Below, one piece after another: positions 34,776 to 44,767 of a stretch of 55,840 nt of DNA. The DNA comes from a virus. Lineage: Duplodnaviria > Caudoviricetes. The notes under the pieces are model-generated. The model searched no databases, was not told the DNA's origin, and saw only the letters and a program-made list of their open reading frames with translations. Position 1 is the first letter of the stretch, and the number at the start of each line of letters is the position of its first letter. The stretch is taken from positions 1 to 55,840 of IMG/VR virus record IMGVR_UViG_3300037493_000570; one strand, written 5' to 3'. The position numbers and the translations under genes were made by a program.

Positions 34776-36839
34776 ATGAAAAAACTAAGACAGGTCTTAA
34801 AGGAACTGCCATCTAGAAAAGTAGTGTTCGCCTTTGGTCGCTTTCAGCCACCAACTACAGGCCATGAACTGCTTGTCAACATAGTTAAAAAGGTCGCCTC
34901 TGCACAGAAGGCCGATCATGTCATCTTCGCTTCACGAACACATGACAAAAAATCCAACCCACTTCCAGTAGATCGTAAGGTATATTACCTTAAGAGAATG
35001 TTTCCAAAGACTAATTTCGTCGCAGCTAATGACGAAGTTCGTACTTTCATTGAAGCAGCTAAGATGCTGTCTGGTAAGTATAAGAATCTAGTGATGATCG
35101 CAGGATCAGATAGAGTTCCAGAATACAAGAAGATCCTTGAAAAATACAATGGCGATGTATTCCATTTTGATACTGTTGAAGTAGTATCGGCTGGTGAACG
35201 TGATCCAGACGCTGATAGCGCTTCTGGCATGTCCGGCACTAAGATGAGAGCTGCAGCGGCTGATGGCGACTATAAGAAGTTTAAGACAGGTCTTCCGAAA
35301 GCACTCACAGATCTTGACGGCAGACGTCTCATGAATGAGATTCGTACCGGCATGGGAATGGAAGTCGTTAAGGAACAAGTTAAGTTTGAAACAAATGATA
35401 CCCGTGAAAAATACTATTCTGGTCAGATCTTTAACATTGGCGAGAAAGTAACTGATGGTCAAAACATCTTTGAAATTATTGATCGTGGTTCTAATTATAT
35501 CACAGTCGTTAATGAATCCGGAGCTACAAGTAAGAAGTGGCTCAACTCAGTACGACCAATCGTAGTTGAAGACGTTAAACCTGGTTACGCGCCAAAGCAG
35601 ATCAGCTACAAGGGTTACACTACTAAGAACTTCGATAGATCTGAAGATGCGGCAAAAGCTTTTCAAGATACTATCGATAGAGAAGGTGACCCAGTCGCGA
35701 TCCTAAATGCTATCAAAGCAACTGACACGTACATGGGTCTTAATGACAAACACCTTACAGGTGAAAAGTTCACAGATCAAGAAAAAGAAACATGGATAGC
35801 CGCACACGAAAAAGCTAGAGAGTCTTTAAATAGAGTCGGCGAATTTGCTCATCATCAAGACTATTGGCATACTCATCAGCATGAGTTAGAGGGCGTACTC
35901 ATTCCTTATGATGAGACTGGTAAAGAAGAAATGCGCGAACAAAAAGAAAGACTAGAAGAAATGAAATTCTCATCAATAGACAGAATCAAAGTAGCACGCA
36001 TTATTGCCGGTTCACTTGGAGTACCAGATGTAGAAGAAAAATCTGGTCCAGCTGAAATGGTAAACCAAGGTCTACGTTTCATTAAGAACAAACGCATGAC
36101 TCCAGAAGCTTGGAACGTCATTAAGAATATGCTTCAAATGGCGACAGATGCTGGCATTAAGTTTGATCAGAACATCGTTAAGAATAAAGTTGAAGAATCG
36201 GTAGACAAAAAGAACGGTGACTCTGATAAAGAAGTAGAGCACGATGAAAAACCAGACCACGGCAAAGTTGGTAGAAGTCTTGGCGGATCGAACGACTCAC
36301 ACCGTAGAATGAAAGTTAAGTACGCTTTAGGCGAAGAGTCTGAGCGTGAAGAACTTGAAGATGAAGGTCTATCAGATGAAGAGATCGACGACATGATCGG
36401 CAAGCTTAGTGATGATGATTATCTAGAAGCATATGACGATGAAGAGCTATCAGTTATCGACGACGAAACTGGTGAGCATCTCCACGATTTAAAAGAAGAA
36501 GCTCTAATGGAAGTTCTTTCAAGAGCTGAAAGAGTTAGAGCTAAGATTAGGTTTGCAAAATCAGAAGCAAAACGCGAACGTAAGACTCGCATTGCTCTAA
36601 AGACTAGATCTACTTCAAAGACTATTAATACTCGCGCCCGCCGCATGGCAGTTAATATGATGAAGATGAGGATCGCTAAGAAGCCTCTCAATACACTCTC
36701 AGTTGGTGAGAAAGAAAGAATCGAGAGAATCATAGCTAAGAGAAAAGTAGTCATTGGTCGTATCGCAATGAAGATGGCGCCGAGAGTGCGCAAGATTGAA
36801 AACGATAGACTAGTACATAGAACATACACTAAGGGTTAA
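34776..36839 (+). CDS. Cytidyltransferase-like (HIGH) protein with long acidic/basic C-terminal modules
   Basis: FGRFQPPTTGH, AGSDR, SAGERDPD, SGTKMR. Confidence 0.85.
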   Translation: MKKLRQVLKELPSRKVVFAFGRFQPPTTGHELLVNIVKKVASAQKADHVIFASRTHDKKSNPLPVDRKVYYLKRMFPKTNFVAANDEVRTFIEAAKMLSGKYKNLVMIAGSDRVPEYKKILEKYNGDVFHFDTVEVVSAGERDPDADSASGMSGTKMRAAAADGDYKKFKTGLPKALTDLDGRRLMNEIRTGMGMEVVKEQVKFETNDTREKYYSGQIFNIGEKVTDGQNIFEIIDRGSNYITVVNESGATSKKWLNSVRPIVVEDVKPGYAPKQISYKGYTTKNFDRSEDAAKAFQDTIDREGDPVAILNAIKATDTYMGLNDKHLTGEKFTDQEKETWIAAHEKARESLNRVGEFAHHQDYWHTHQHELEGVLIPYDETGKEEMREQKERLEEMKFSSIDRIKVARIIAGSLGVPDVEEKSGPAEMVNQGLRFIKNKRMTPEAWNVIKNMLQMATDAGIKFDQNIVKNKVEESVDKKNGDSDKEVEHDEKPDHGKVGRSLGGSNDSHRRMKVKYALGEESEREELEDEGLSDEEIDDMIGKLSDDDYLEAYDDEELSVIDDETGEHLHDLKEEALMEVLSRAERVRAKIRFAKSEAKRERKTRIALKTRSTSKTINTRARRMAVNMMKMRIAKKPLNTLSVGEKERIERIIAKRKVVIGRIAMKMAPRVRKIENDRLVHRTYTKG

Positions 36840-36840
36840 T

Positions 36841-37287
36841 ATGGATGCACTAGTATCATCATTGAAAACAGTAATGGCAAATACATTTGTCATGTACTTC
36901 AAAGCACAGGGATTCCATTGGAACGTTGAAGGTATTCACTTTAGTCAATATCATAGTTTCTTTGGCGACATCTATAGTGATCTATACGGTGCAACTGATC
37001 CACTAGCTGAGAACATTAGAAAACTTGGCGAGTATGCTCCTAGAAGTCTCGCTGAAATGTACAAGTATACTACTCTCGTTGAATCAGACATCGTTGGAAT
37101 CAACTTGAAAGAAATGCTAAATAGTCTGCTAACGGATAATACAGAAGTGCTTAGTTCATTGAATAGAACTTTTGCACTAGCAAATACCGCTAATGAACAA
37201 GGACTTGCTGATTATCTTGCACAACGAATCGACTCACACAAGAAACACGAATGGCAATTAAAGTCATCACTAAAGGGACAAGAATGA
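36841..37287 (+). CDS. dps: Dps/ferritin-like protein
   Basis: FHWNVEG..F...H, DPLAENIRKLG, HKKHEWQL. Confidence 0.88.
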   Translation: MDALVSSLKTVMANTFVMYFKAQGFHWNVEGIHFSQYHSFFGDIYSDLYGATDPLAENIRKLGEYAPRSLAEMYKYTTLVESDIVGINLKEMLNSLLTDNTEVLSSLNRTFALANTANEQGLADYLAQRIDSHKKHEWQLKSSLKGQE

Positions 37288-38696
37288 GCACTCTTAAAAA
37301 TATTTTAGAGCAACGCGGCATGCCATGTTGTGGCGGTTGCGGAATGCGCATGAAGATGATGGAGGGTACTTGCCCTGATTGTGGAATTAACTATGGATTA
37401 AGCATGGGTGCTAAGAACGCACCTGGTATGTCTGAAGAAAAAGAAGAAGAACCAACAACCGATTTTAAATTGGATAAACTTGGTAGAAAAATCAAAGCAT
37501 CAAAAATCGTATTCAACCAAGGTGAAGACGATTCAACAAAGAGAGTACAAGAAAACATGAAAACCACATATAAAGATATGATCACTGCGTACTCGGCAAT
37601 GCGCGTTGAGTCACTTCAACTTGAAGACGAGATCAACGAAGTCTTATCTAAAGACGCTGCAGCTGGCGAATGGATTAGTGACTTCGTTAATAGTGATAAT
37701 CCAAAGTTTGCTGGTAAGTCTAAAGAGAAACGTAAGCAGATGGCACTGGCTGCTTACTACGCTAAGCAAAAGAATGAAGAAGTTGAGATTGACGAAGTAG
37801 CTGCATGGAATCCAATCAAACACATTCCTAAAGAAAATCAAAACAAAGCCATCAAGACAGCAGCTAAAGATGTAAAGCGTGGTAGCTATGCTGACCGCGC
37901 CGCACTACTAAAAGCCGGTGGCGTTAAAAAAGAAGAAGTCGAGATCGAAGAAGGCGAAGTACCTGCTCATATGAAGGGCAAACAAAAACCATACGTGTCT
38001 TCTTCTGGTGGTGACCATGAAGTGTTAGGTAACGTTGGTCAAGTTAAAGCAACCTTCACACAAAAAGAACATGGTAAGGAAGCTAAAGCTAAAGCAATTG
38101 CTCACCTTAAGAAAAACTATGATACCTACATGAAAGAAGAGATCGATCTAGAAGAAGCAGATAAAATCTCTACAGCTCAAATGGGCCACGCTGGTAAGAC
38201 AACAATCAAGCACATCAAGAATCCAGACGTTACACAACGTATGGCAGCTCATGATGTAAAATCATACGCCGATCGTATTGCTCTTCTTAAAGATGCAAAG
38301 CGCAAGGGTAACTTAAAGGAAGACGACATGCAAGAATCAGCATTCGATTGGAAGAACGCTCCAAGAGAAAAATGGGATAAGACAAAGACATCTACTTACC
38401 ATGATGTAAAGAAGATCTCTACTGGAACTGTTTACACTAAGCAGTTCGATAAGGATGGCACATCTAAAGGAACTGGTGGCGATGCTGCAGCTAAGGCAGA
38501 GAATGCTCCTAAGCGCGGCCGTGGTCGTCCAAAGAAAGACAAGTTTGCTGAGTCCGTTGAGATCCTCATGTCTCTATCAGAAGAGCAGTTTGACTCTATG
38601 ATGGAAGACGGCTTCGATACATTCTTTGAAGCATACGAACAACTAGACGAAGAGTCTAAAGCCGCTCTTAAGTCTTGCGGCAAATCAACAAAATAA
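37284..38696 (+). CDS. Modular charged protein, probable internal head polyprotein
   Basis: Basic modules separated by EEVEIDE/EEVEIEE/EEIDLEE linkers; SYADRxALLK repeat; AT-hook RGRGRPK. Confidence 0.7.
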   Translation: MSTLKNILEQRGMPCCGGCGMRMKMMEGTCPDCGINYGLSMGAKNAPGMSEEKEEEPTTDFKLDKLGRKIKASKIVFNQGEDDSTKRVQENMKTTYKDMITAYSAMRVESLQLEDEINEVLSKDAAAGEWISDFVNSDNPKFAGKSKEKRKQMALAAYYAKQKNEEVEIDEVAAWNPIKHIPKENQNKAIKTAAKDVKRGSYADRAALLKAGGVKKEEVEIEEGEVPAHMKGKQKPYVSSSGGDHEVLGNVGQVKATFTQKEHGKEAKAKAIAHLKKNYDTYMKEEIDLEEADKISTAQMGHAGKTTIKHIKNPDVTQRMAAHDVKSYADRIALLKDAKRKGNLKEDDMQESAFDWKNAPREKWDKTKTSTYHDVKKISTGTVYTKQFDKDGTSKGTGGDAAAKAENAPKRGRGRPKKDKFAESVEILMSLSEEQFDSMMEDGFDTFFEAYEQLDEESKAALKSCGKSTK

Positions 38697-38712
38697 TTCA
38701 AGGAGAATAAAA

Positions 38713-39276
38713 ATGGCACTATGGGGAAAAACCGACGCAACACTTAGCAAGCCTAAGTATCTTAACGCTACAGACGCGGCTAACGCAGTTTTCGTATCGG
38801 CAGAAGAAGCAGTTCTAAAGACAAACAAAGACAAAGGTATCACTGGCGCAGGCTGGTGGTTAGTAACCGAGCACAAGGATAACAGCGGCGCAAATCGCTA
38901 CAATTCTGAATGCCTAGTAGCAATGAGCGTTGCTAACGCAGTATCTGGCGACGCAGCAGATGACACTAAAGTCGCAGACGTTGAAGTTACATTGACTATT
39001 GGCACCCAACCAACAGCTCAGTCTTCAGTATCCGGTGCAGCAACATTCGCAGTGGTAGCAACAGCTTCTAGCGGTGCAGTTACATATCAATGGCAACGTG
39101 CTCTAGCAGCTACGCCAACTCGCTTCACTAATGTATCAGGCGCTACATCAGCTTCCCTAGTACTAAGCGGAGTTGTTGCTGGTGACACTGGCAACAAGTA
39201 TCGTGCTGTTCTAAGTTCTGACTCTGGTGCAGTTAAGGTTAATTCCGACGCAGCTACACTAACTTTCGGTTCTTAA
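38713..39276 (+). CDS. Virion protein with C-terminal Ig-like domain
   Basis: MALWG, GWW, ECLVAM; QP...TYQWQ...YR...SDAATLT; SD AAGGAG. Confidence 0.8.
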   Translation: MALWGKTDATLSKPKYLNATDAANAVFVSAEEAVLKTNKDKGITGAGWWLVTEHKDNSGANRYNSECLVAMSVANAVSGDAADDTKVADVEVTLTIGTQPTAQSSVSGAATFAVVATASSGAVTYQWQRALAATPTRFTNVSGATSASLVLSGVVAGDTGNKYRAVLSSDSGAVKVNSDAATLTFGS

Positions 39277-39280
39277 TAGA

Positions 39281-39300
39281 AGGGGCTTCGGCCCCTCTTT
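39281..39300 (+). terminator. Terminator
   Basis: AGGGGC-TTCG-GCCCCT followed by CTTT. Confidence 0.8.
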
Positions 39301-39303
39301 AAT

Positions 39304-39675
39304 ATGAAATTAACTGATAGTAATTTTCTTCTATACGCAATGCGCCACTATGATAATATACAGTGCCAAACAATAGAAGAGTTTGAAGAGGATCTAAAGA
39401 AGCTTCTTTACGTTAAGAAGCTTCTTTCTCGTTATAAAAATGATAATGATTTAAAAGAAAAATTAATTCTGAATCATATCATTGTACTATATAATGTATT
39501 CGGTGATGCACTTACTAATATGATATTTTTTAAGATAGATAAAGAACATTGGCCAGCGTTAACAACATTCTTAGTTTGTGTTAACCGTATGCCAGATGTA
39601 GTAGAATTCCACGGGATTGTGTTGTCAGATATAACTCTGGATCAGAACATAATTTCAGCACTAAGAAAGATCTAA
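39304..39675 (+). CDS. Conserved T4-like hypothetical
   Basis: NFLLYAMRHYDN, EFEEDLK, LILNHIIVLYNVFG. Confidence 0.8.
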   Translation: MKLTDSNFLLYAMRHYDNIQCQTIEEFEEDLKKLLYVKKLLSRYKNDNDLKEKLILNHIIVLYNVFGDALTNMIFFKIDKEHWPALTTFLVCVNRMPDVVEFHGIVLSDITLDQNIISALRKI

Positions 39676-39676
39676 G

Positions 39677-40210
39677 ATGATTGATAACCTAATAGCATTC
39701 AGAATTCTGTATATGCTCGTTACATCATTCGATAAGACGGATGCATTCAAACTTGGTATCATCGATGCCGATGGAAATCCTCTTAAAAAGATTAAAGACC
39801 TAAAGACGTCTGAAGAGAAAGACGCGTACGACATGCTCGACCGTTTGGTATTCTCGTTGAAGAGACTACTCGCAAAGCTACCAGGTGGTAGTAGTAAGAT
39901 CGCCAGTCTAGCCGCAGCGTATTGGTTGGTCAAGGAGTCGTATGAGACTCAAGAAGTAGTTACTCAAGAACAACTAAATAGTCTTGTGGATCTCATTGAA
40001 TCAAATCAGATCGTGTTGAAAGAACAATCAGAAATTCAGGGTTACTTAAGTCTTACAGAAGACGGCGCTATCGCTAATGTTGCTGGTGCAGCTACTGCGA
40101 CTGATAAGCCTGTTGTTAAGTTGAACAAAAAGAATAAGCCAGTGTCTAGCATAATTGGTACTCCTAATTATGTTGTGCGCCGTAATAAAAAAATCACACC
40201 GATGGGATGA
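39677..40210 (+). CDS. Conserved T4-like hypothetical
   Basis: FDKTDAFKLGIIDADG, RLVFSLKRLL. Confidence 0.8.
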   Translation: MIDNLIAFRILYMLVTSFDKTDAFKLGIIDADGNPLKKIKDLKTSEEKDAYDMLDRLVFSLKRLLAKLPGGSSKIASLAAAYWLVKESYETQEVVTQEQLNSLVDLIESNQIVLKEQSEIQGYLSLTEDGAIANVAGAATATDKPVVKLNKKNKPVSSIIGTPNYVVRRNKKITPMG

Positions 40211-41202
40211 ACATGAAAAACTTTACAGAATTCAATACAGAGTTAGATGAAGCTCTTGACACTCATGAAATTGCAATGTCTCACAAAGACAAAGCATCTA
40301 AGGCGCTAGAGACTAGTGATATGAAGGCGTATCACCACCACATGTCAAATCACCACGAATCTATGGGTCAGTGGCATGAGTCTAAAGGTCGTCACTCTGC
40401 TGCCGATCGTGAGTACGCCAAAGGCGAAGAACACCACGAAAAGAGTCTTAAGCCAGACAACAGCAGAACCGTTGGTGCAAAGAATGAATCCGCTATCTGC
40501 TCTGCCTGCCAATCTGATCCTTGCATCTGTGATGACTCTCATGGATTTGTAACTGAAGCCGCTCAAGGCCACGCCATTGAAGCTCACGGTATTCGTGGCA
40601 TGAAGGGTACTCCTTGGAGAAAGACATTCAAGAGTCACGAGCTCCTAGCAGATTGGGCAGATAAGAACGACAGCATTGAAGTTCATGGTATTCGTGATTT
40701 AGAACATGTTAAGACTGGCAAGAAGTCTCCAACAATGAAAGAAGAAGCTCAAGCTATGCATAGAGTTGGTGTGACGGTATCTGAAAAAGATCATCCAATG
40801 GTCTCTAAGCGTTCAGAAAAACAACAGAAGCGTGTTATAGTAACTGCTGCAGATAAAGATGAAGCTGTATCAAAAGCTAAGAAGTTCTATACTAAGCAAG
40901 GTTATCATGTGCATGATACTGAGTATCTTTCAGTACAACCTAAGAGTTCATTGAAGACTGAAGAAGCGGTGTTATCATTTAACCAATTTATTGATATAAT
41001 CGAATCAGCAACTTGGTATAGCAAAGAAAAGTTCATGGCAGATGCTGAGAAGAAACACGGTAAGATTACCCACACATCTCGTGATAAAGATGGTAGAACG
41101 CATTACCATATCGCTGGCGGACAGACAAGTGGAATGAGCGATACTGATGGCGAAGGTTCTACTTCATACAATGTTCACGCTAAGCCACACACTGCTAAGT
41201 AA
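40207..41202 (+). CDS. His-rich modular protein, probable internal head protein
   Basis: MKNFTEFNTELDE start; modules bounded by xNE/xTE/xKEE. Confidence 0.65.
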   Translation: MNMKNFTEFNTELDEALDTHEIAMSHKDKASKALETSDMKAYHHHMSNHHESMGQWHESKGRHSAADREYAKGEEHHEKSLKPDNSRTVGAKNESAICSACQSDPCICDDSHGFVTEAAQGHAIEAHGIRGMKGTPWRKTFKSHELLADWADKNDSIEVHGIRDLEHVKTGKKSPTMKEEAQAMHRVGVTVSEKDHPMVSKRSEKQQKRVIVTAADKDEAVSKAKKFYTKQGYHVHDTEYLSVQPKSSLKTEEAVLSFNQFIDIIESATWYSKEKFMADAEKKHGKITHTSRDKDGRTHYHIAGGQTSGMSDTDGEGSTSYNVHAKPHTAK

Positions 41203-41204
41203 TT

Positions 41205-41774
41205 ATGTGGTTACTCAGCTTCATTCCAGCCTATGCATTCCACCTACTGACTCTAGTTGGAGTCGTGGGTGTTATCGCATGTCTACTTCCAATTCCGTAT
41301 AAGTCTATAGTTCAAATCATTTCAGTGATCGTCCTATCGTTCTCTCTATACATGGAGGGTGGAATCTCTAATCAAGCGGAGTGGGAAGCTAAGGTGGCTC
41401 AAGTTAAATTAGACATGGCAGTAAAAGAAGTCAAGTCAGTAGAAGTCACAACTAAAATAGTTACTAAATATGTAAAGCAAATACAAATTGTCAAGGAGAC
41501 AGGCGATGTTATCATTAAGCAAATTCCAATGTACATTACAAAGAACGATGATTCTATGTGCGCTGTGCCTAATGGTTTCGTCTTGCTCCACGACAGTGCC
41601 AGTCGCAATGAAGTTCCCGACTCCACCAGAGTCCCTAATGCAGGCGCCTCCAATGTTAAAATCTCTGAAGTCGCCGGAACAGTTATTGAAAACTACACCA
41701 CTTATTACCAACTTGCCGAGCAATTAAAGTCTCTGCAAGATTGGGTAAAAGAACAGCAACGAATATATAAGTGA
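41205..41774 (+). CDS. Inner-membrane spanin (Rz-like)
   Basis: N-terminal TM helices, coiled coil, C.VPNGFVLLHD; contains an embedded lipoprotein frame. Confidence 0.7.
   Translation: MWLLSFIPAYAFHLLTLVGVVGVIACLLPIPYKSIVQIISVIVLSFSLYMEGGISNQAEWEAKVAQVKLDMAVKEVKSVEVTTKIVTKYVKQIQIVKETGDVIIKQIPMYITKNDDSMCAVPNGFVLLHDSASRNEVPDSTRVPNAGASNVKISEVAGTVIENYTTYYQLAEQLKSLQDWVKEQQRIYK
41506..41727 (+). CDS. Embedded outer-membrane spanin (Rz1-like lipoprotein)
   Basis: SD AAGGAG 7 nt before ATG 41506; lipobox VSSC; Pro-rich mature part; +1 frame. Confidence 0.65.
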   Translation: MLSLSKFQCTLQRTMILCALCLMVSSCSTTVPVAMKFPTPPESLMQAPPMLKSLKSPEQLLKTTPLITNLPSN

Positions 41775-41781
41775 GTATGTA

Positions 41782-42222
41782 ATGGCCAACGAAGTAGAAG
41801 TAGAAGTACTAAAGAGCGTAGTTAAAAAACTAGACTCTTCACTCGATAAAATTACTGAAGTAAGTAACAGCATCGCAAAGCTATTAGCTGTGCATGACGA
41901 AAGGTTGAGTTCCTTGGAAAAAATAAGCGATAAACGAGAAGACGAGATCAAAGATCTTCATTCCCGTATTACAACTCAGACCCGCGAGATCTTCGATAAA
42001 TTAGAACTCATGGAAGCTAGAATCGAAAGACGTATCGCCGAAGGTGGTATCGCTACGTCTTCACAGCACGATAGAATCAACGCTGAAATGAAAGCAGAGA
42101 TCCACAAGATCTCTGAAAGAATCACGCTCCTTGAAGGATGGCGCTGGTATGTACTAGGCGCTGCAGCTGTAGTAGGTTGGATCTTATCTAAGTATGGAGA
42201 TTTGACAAGTCTTCTAAAATAG
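41782..42222 (+). CDS. Coiled-coil protein with C-terminal TM (possibly lysis-related)
   Basis: LLAVHDERL, LHSRIT, LEGWRWYVLGAA. Confidence 0.7.
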   Translation: MANEVEVEVLKSVVKKLDSSLDKITEVSNSIAKLLAVHDERLSSLEKISDKREDEIKDLHSRITTQTREIFDKLELMEARIERRIAEGGIATSSQHDRINAEMKAEIHKISERITLLEGWRWYVLGAAAVVGWILSKYGDLTSLLK

Positions 42223-42224
42223 TT

Positions 42225-42253
42225 TGTACTTCTTTTCCTCGATGATATATAAT
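42225..42253 (+). promoter_or_regulatory. Early-type promoter for the thyX-nrd operon
   Basis: TGTACT-17 nt-TATAAT. Confidence 0.7.
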
Positions 42254-42284
42254 GGACTATGTGAATTTATTAATGGAGATGTCT

Positions 42285-42965
42285 GTGCAAAGTGTAAAAT
42301 TAATTTCGTCGTCAAAGCCTTCTAAAGAACTCGTTTTAGAAGGTCTTTATGATGTTCAAGAACTCATCGCATATTGCGCTCGAGTATCAAACCCGTCTAA
42401 CCAGTTGAACACTGGGTCTTCAGACAAACTAATCAAGTATCTAATCAAACACCAGCATTGGTCGCCGCTCGAAATGGTGTCTGCGTGTTTAGAGATTGAA
42501 ACCACCCGCGATATTGCTCGCCAGATTCTACGTCATCGTAGCTTCTCATTCCAAGAATTCTCGCAACGATATGCAGATCCAACCAAGGATCTTTCTTTCG
42601 TTACTCGTGAGGCTCGTCTTCAAGACACAAAGAATCGTCAGAACTCGATTGAAACTGATAATCTTGCACTACAGTCGTTTTGGGAAACTCGTCAACAACG
42701 TGTTATCGATGAAAGCAAAGCCGCATATGAATGGGCAATTGCTAATGGTATTGCTAAAGAACAAGCTCGGGCCGTTCTACCCGAAGGTTTGACTACATCG
42801 CGTATGTATGTCAATGGAACTCTTAGATCATGGATTCACTTCATCCAAGTACGATCAGATGCTGCAACTCAAAAAGAACATCGTTTGATTGCGATTGAAT
42901 GCGCTAAGATTATCGCTGAGATCTTTCCTTTGATGAATGAAATATATAGTAACCAAGCAGTATAA
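42285..42965 (+). CDS. thyX: Flavin-dependent thymidylate synthase
   Basis: ARVS, HWSPLE, RHRSFSFQEFSQRY, EQARAVLP, TQKEHR; start probably GTG after GGAG. Confidence 0.95.
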   Translation: MQSVKLISSSKPSKELVLEGLYDVQELIAYCARVSNPSNQLNTGSSDKLIKYLIKHQHWSPLEMVSACLEIETTRDIARQILRHRSFSFQEFSQRYADPTKDLSFVTREARLQDTKNRQNSIETDNLALQSFWETRQQRVIDESKAAYEWAIANGIAKEQARAVLPEGLTTSRMYVNGTLRSWIHFIQVRSDAATQKEHRLIAIECAKIIAEIFPLMNEIYSNQAV

Positions 42966-42976
42966 TAAGGAAAATA

Positions 42977-44764
42977 ATGAATGATGTAATTCATGGAATC
43001 ACAGTAGACTACTCACGCGATAGTCTATTTGATGAACTCGGTAAGATTAGACTCCAAGAATCTTACATGAAAGATGGTGAGGTATCACCGCAAGAAAGGT
43101 TCGCATATGTATCATCGATGTTTGGAAGCAATCCAGAACACGCACAACGATTATATGAATACTCCAGTCTTCATTGGTTGTCTTACGCTACTCCCATTCT
43201 TTCTTTTGGTCGCAGTAAGCGTGGTCTCCCTATATCATGTTTTCTTAACTATATCGAAGATACTGCGGAAGGTCTAGTTGATAATCTATCAGAAACTAAT
43301 TGGCTCAGTATGCTCGGCGGCGGTGTGGGTATTGGTTTTGGTATTCGCTCTGCCGATGATAAGTCTACTGGCATTATGCCACACCTTAAAATGTACGATG
43401 CTTCTTCTTTGGCGTATCGTCAAGGTCGTACTCGTCGTGGCTCTTATGCCGCTTATCTTGATATTTCTCATCCCGATATTATTCCTTTCTTAGAGATGCG
43501 AAAGCCAACCGGCGATCAAAATCTTCGCACATTGAATATGCACCACGGTGTTAATATTCCCGATGCATTCATGGACATCATTGAGAAGTGCATGCTCGAT
43601 CCAGAAGCAGACGACTCATGGAATCTAGTAGATCCGGCAAGCCACGAAATTCGTGAAACAGTTTCAGCTAAGCACCTATGGCAACAACTGCTTGAATTGC
43701 GTATGATGACTGGTGAACCTTATCTTCACTTCATTGATGAGTCTAATCGTAAGCTTCCAAAATGGCTTAAAGATAAAGGTCTAAAGGTACACCAGTCTAA
43801 CTTGTGTTCAGAGATCATTCTACCAACCAACAAAGATCGCACCGCAGTGTGCTGCTTATCATCATTAAACTTGGAGTACTGGGATGCTTGGAAAGATCAC
43901 CCAACCTTTCTTCGGGACGTTGCTGAGATGCTTGATAACGTTCTACAGTATTTCATTGATAATGCTCCTAGTAGCATACAAAGAGCAAGATATAGTGCTC
44001 AGCTTGAACGCTCTATCGGTATTGGTGCCCTCGGCTTTCATGCACTACTTCAGAAGAACAACATTGCATGGGAAAGTGTAGTAGCAAAATCACTGAACAT
44101 GAGAATGTTTAAAACAATTCGGAGTAAATTGAATGAAGCTAATCAAAGTCTGGGATTGGAACGAGGCGAAGCGCCTGACGCTAAAGGTACTGGTAATCGC
44201 TTTAGTCATCTTATGGCTATCGCTCCCAATGCTTCTTCTTCCATTCTTATGGGCAACACTAGTCCTTCTGTTGAACCTTATCGTGCCAATGCTTATCGCC
44301 AAGATACTCTATCGGGTTCTCACCTAAATAAGAACCGATTCCTTGATGCTCTATTGCGTACTAAACTTAAAGACAGCGAGATGCAGGAAGTATGGTCTTC
44401 CATCATGGCTAACGACGGTTCGGTTCAACACCTAACAGTATTGACCGAACAGGAGAAAGAAGTCTTTAAGACTGCTATGGAGATCGATCAACGTTGGGTC
44501 ATCGAACACGCCGCTGATCGTCAGGAATATATTGATCAAGCGCAGTCTATCAACGTATTCTTTAGACCTGATAGTAGCATCAAGTACATCCACGCAGTAC
44601 ACTACCTTGCTTGGAAGAAGAAGCTTAAGACGCTATACTACTGCCGTTCTGAAAAGATTGGTAAAGCAGACAAGGTGTCTAAGAAGGTTGAACGTGAAAT
44701 TATTAAAGAACTAGATATGCGATCAATCGCTGAGGGCAATGATTGCATTGCATGTGAAGGATGA
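42977..44764 (+). CDS. nrdA: Class I ribonucleotide reductase alpha subunit (no ATP cone)
   Basis: ISCFL, SNLCSEI, VCCLSS, APNASSS, TLYY, C-terminal CIAC. Confidence 0.95.
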   Translation: MNDVIHGITVDYSRDSLFDELGKIRLQESYMKDGEVSPQERFAYVSSMFGSNPEHAQRLYEYSSLHWLSYATPILSFGRSKRGLPISCFLNYIEDTAEGLVDNLSETNWLSMLGGGVGIGFGIRSADDKSTGIMPHLKMYDASSLAYRQGRTRRGSYAAYLDISHPDIIPFLEMRKPTGDQNLRTLNMHHGVNIPDAFMDIIEKCMLDPEADDSWNLVDPASHEIRETVSAKHLWQQLLELRMMTGEPYLHFIDESNRKLPKWLKDKGLKVHQSNLCSEIILPTNKDRTAVCCLSSLNLEYWDAWKDHPTFLRDVAEMLDNVLQYFIDNAPSSIQRARYSAQLERSIGIGALGFHALLQKNNIAWESVVAKSLNMRMFKTIRSKLNEANQSLGLERGEAPDAKGTGNRFSHLMAIAPNASSSILMGNTSPSVEPYRANAYRQDTLSGSHLNKNRFLDALLRTKLKDSEMQEVWSSIMANDGSVQHLTVLTEQEKEVFKTAMEIDQRWVIEHAADRQEYIDQAQSINVFFRPDSSIKYIHAVHYLAWKKKLKTLYYCRSEKIGKADKVSKKVEREIIKELDMRSIAEGNDCIACEG

Positions 44765-44767
44765 TAC

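Noticed and set aside
42259-42264. ATG-TGA minigene after the thyX promoter
   Set aside because: Single instance, easily chance in AT-rich DNA.
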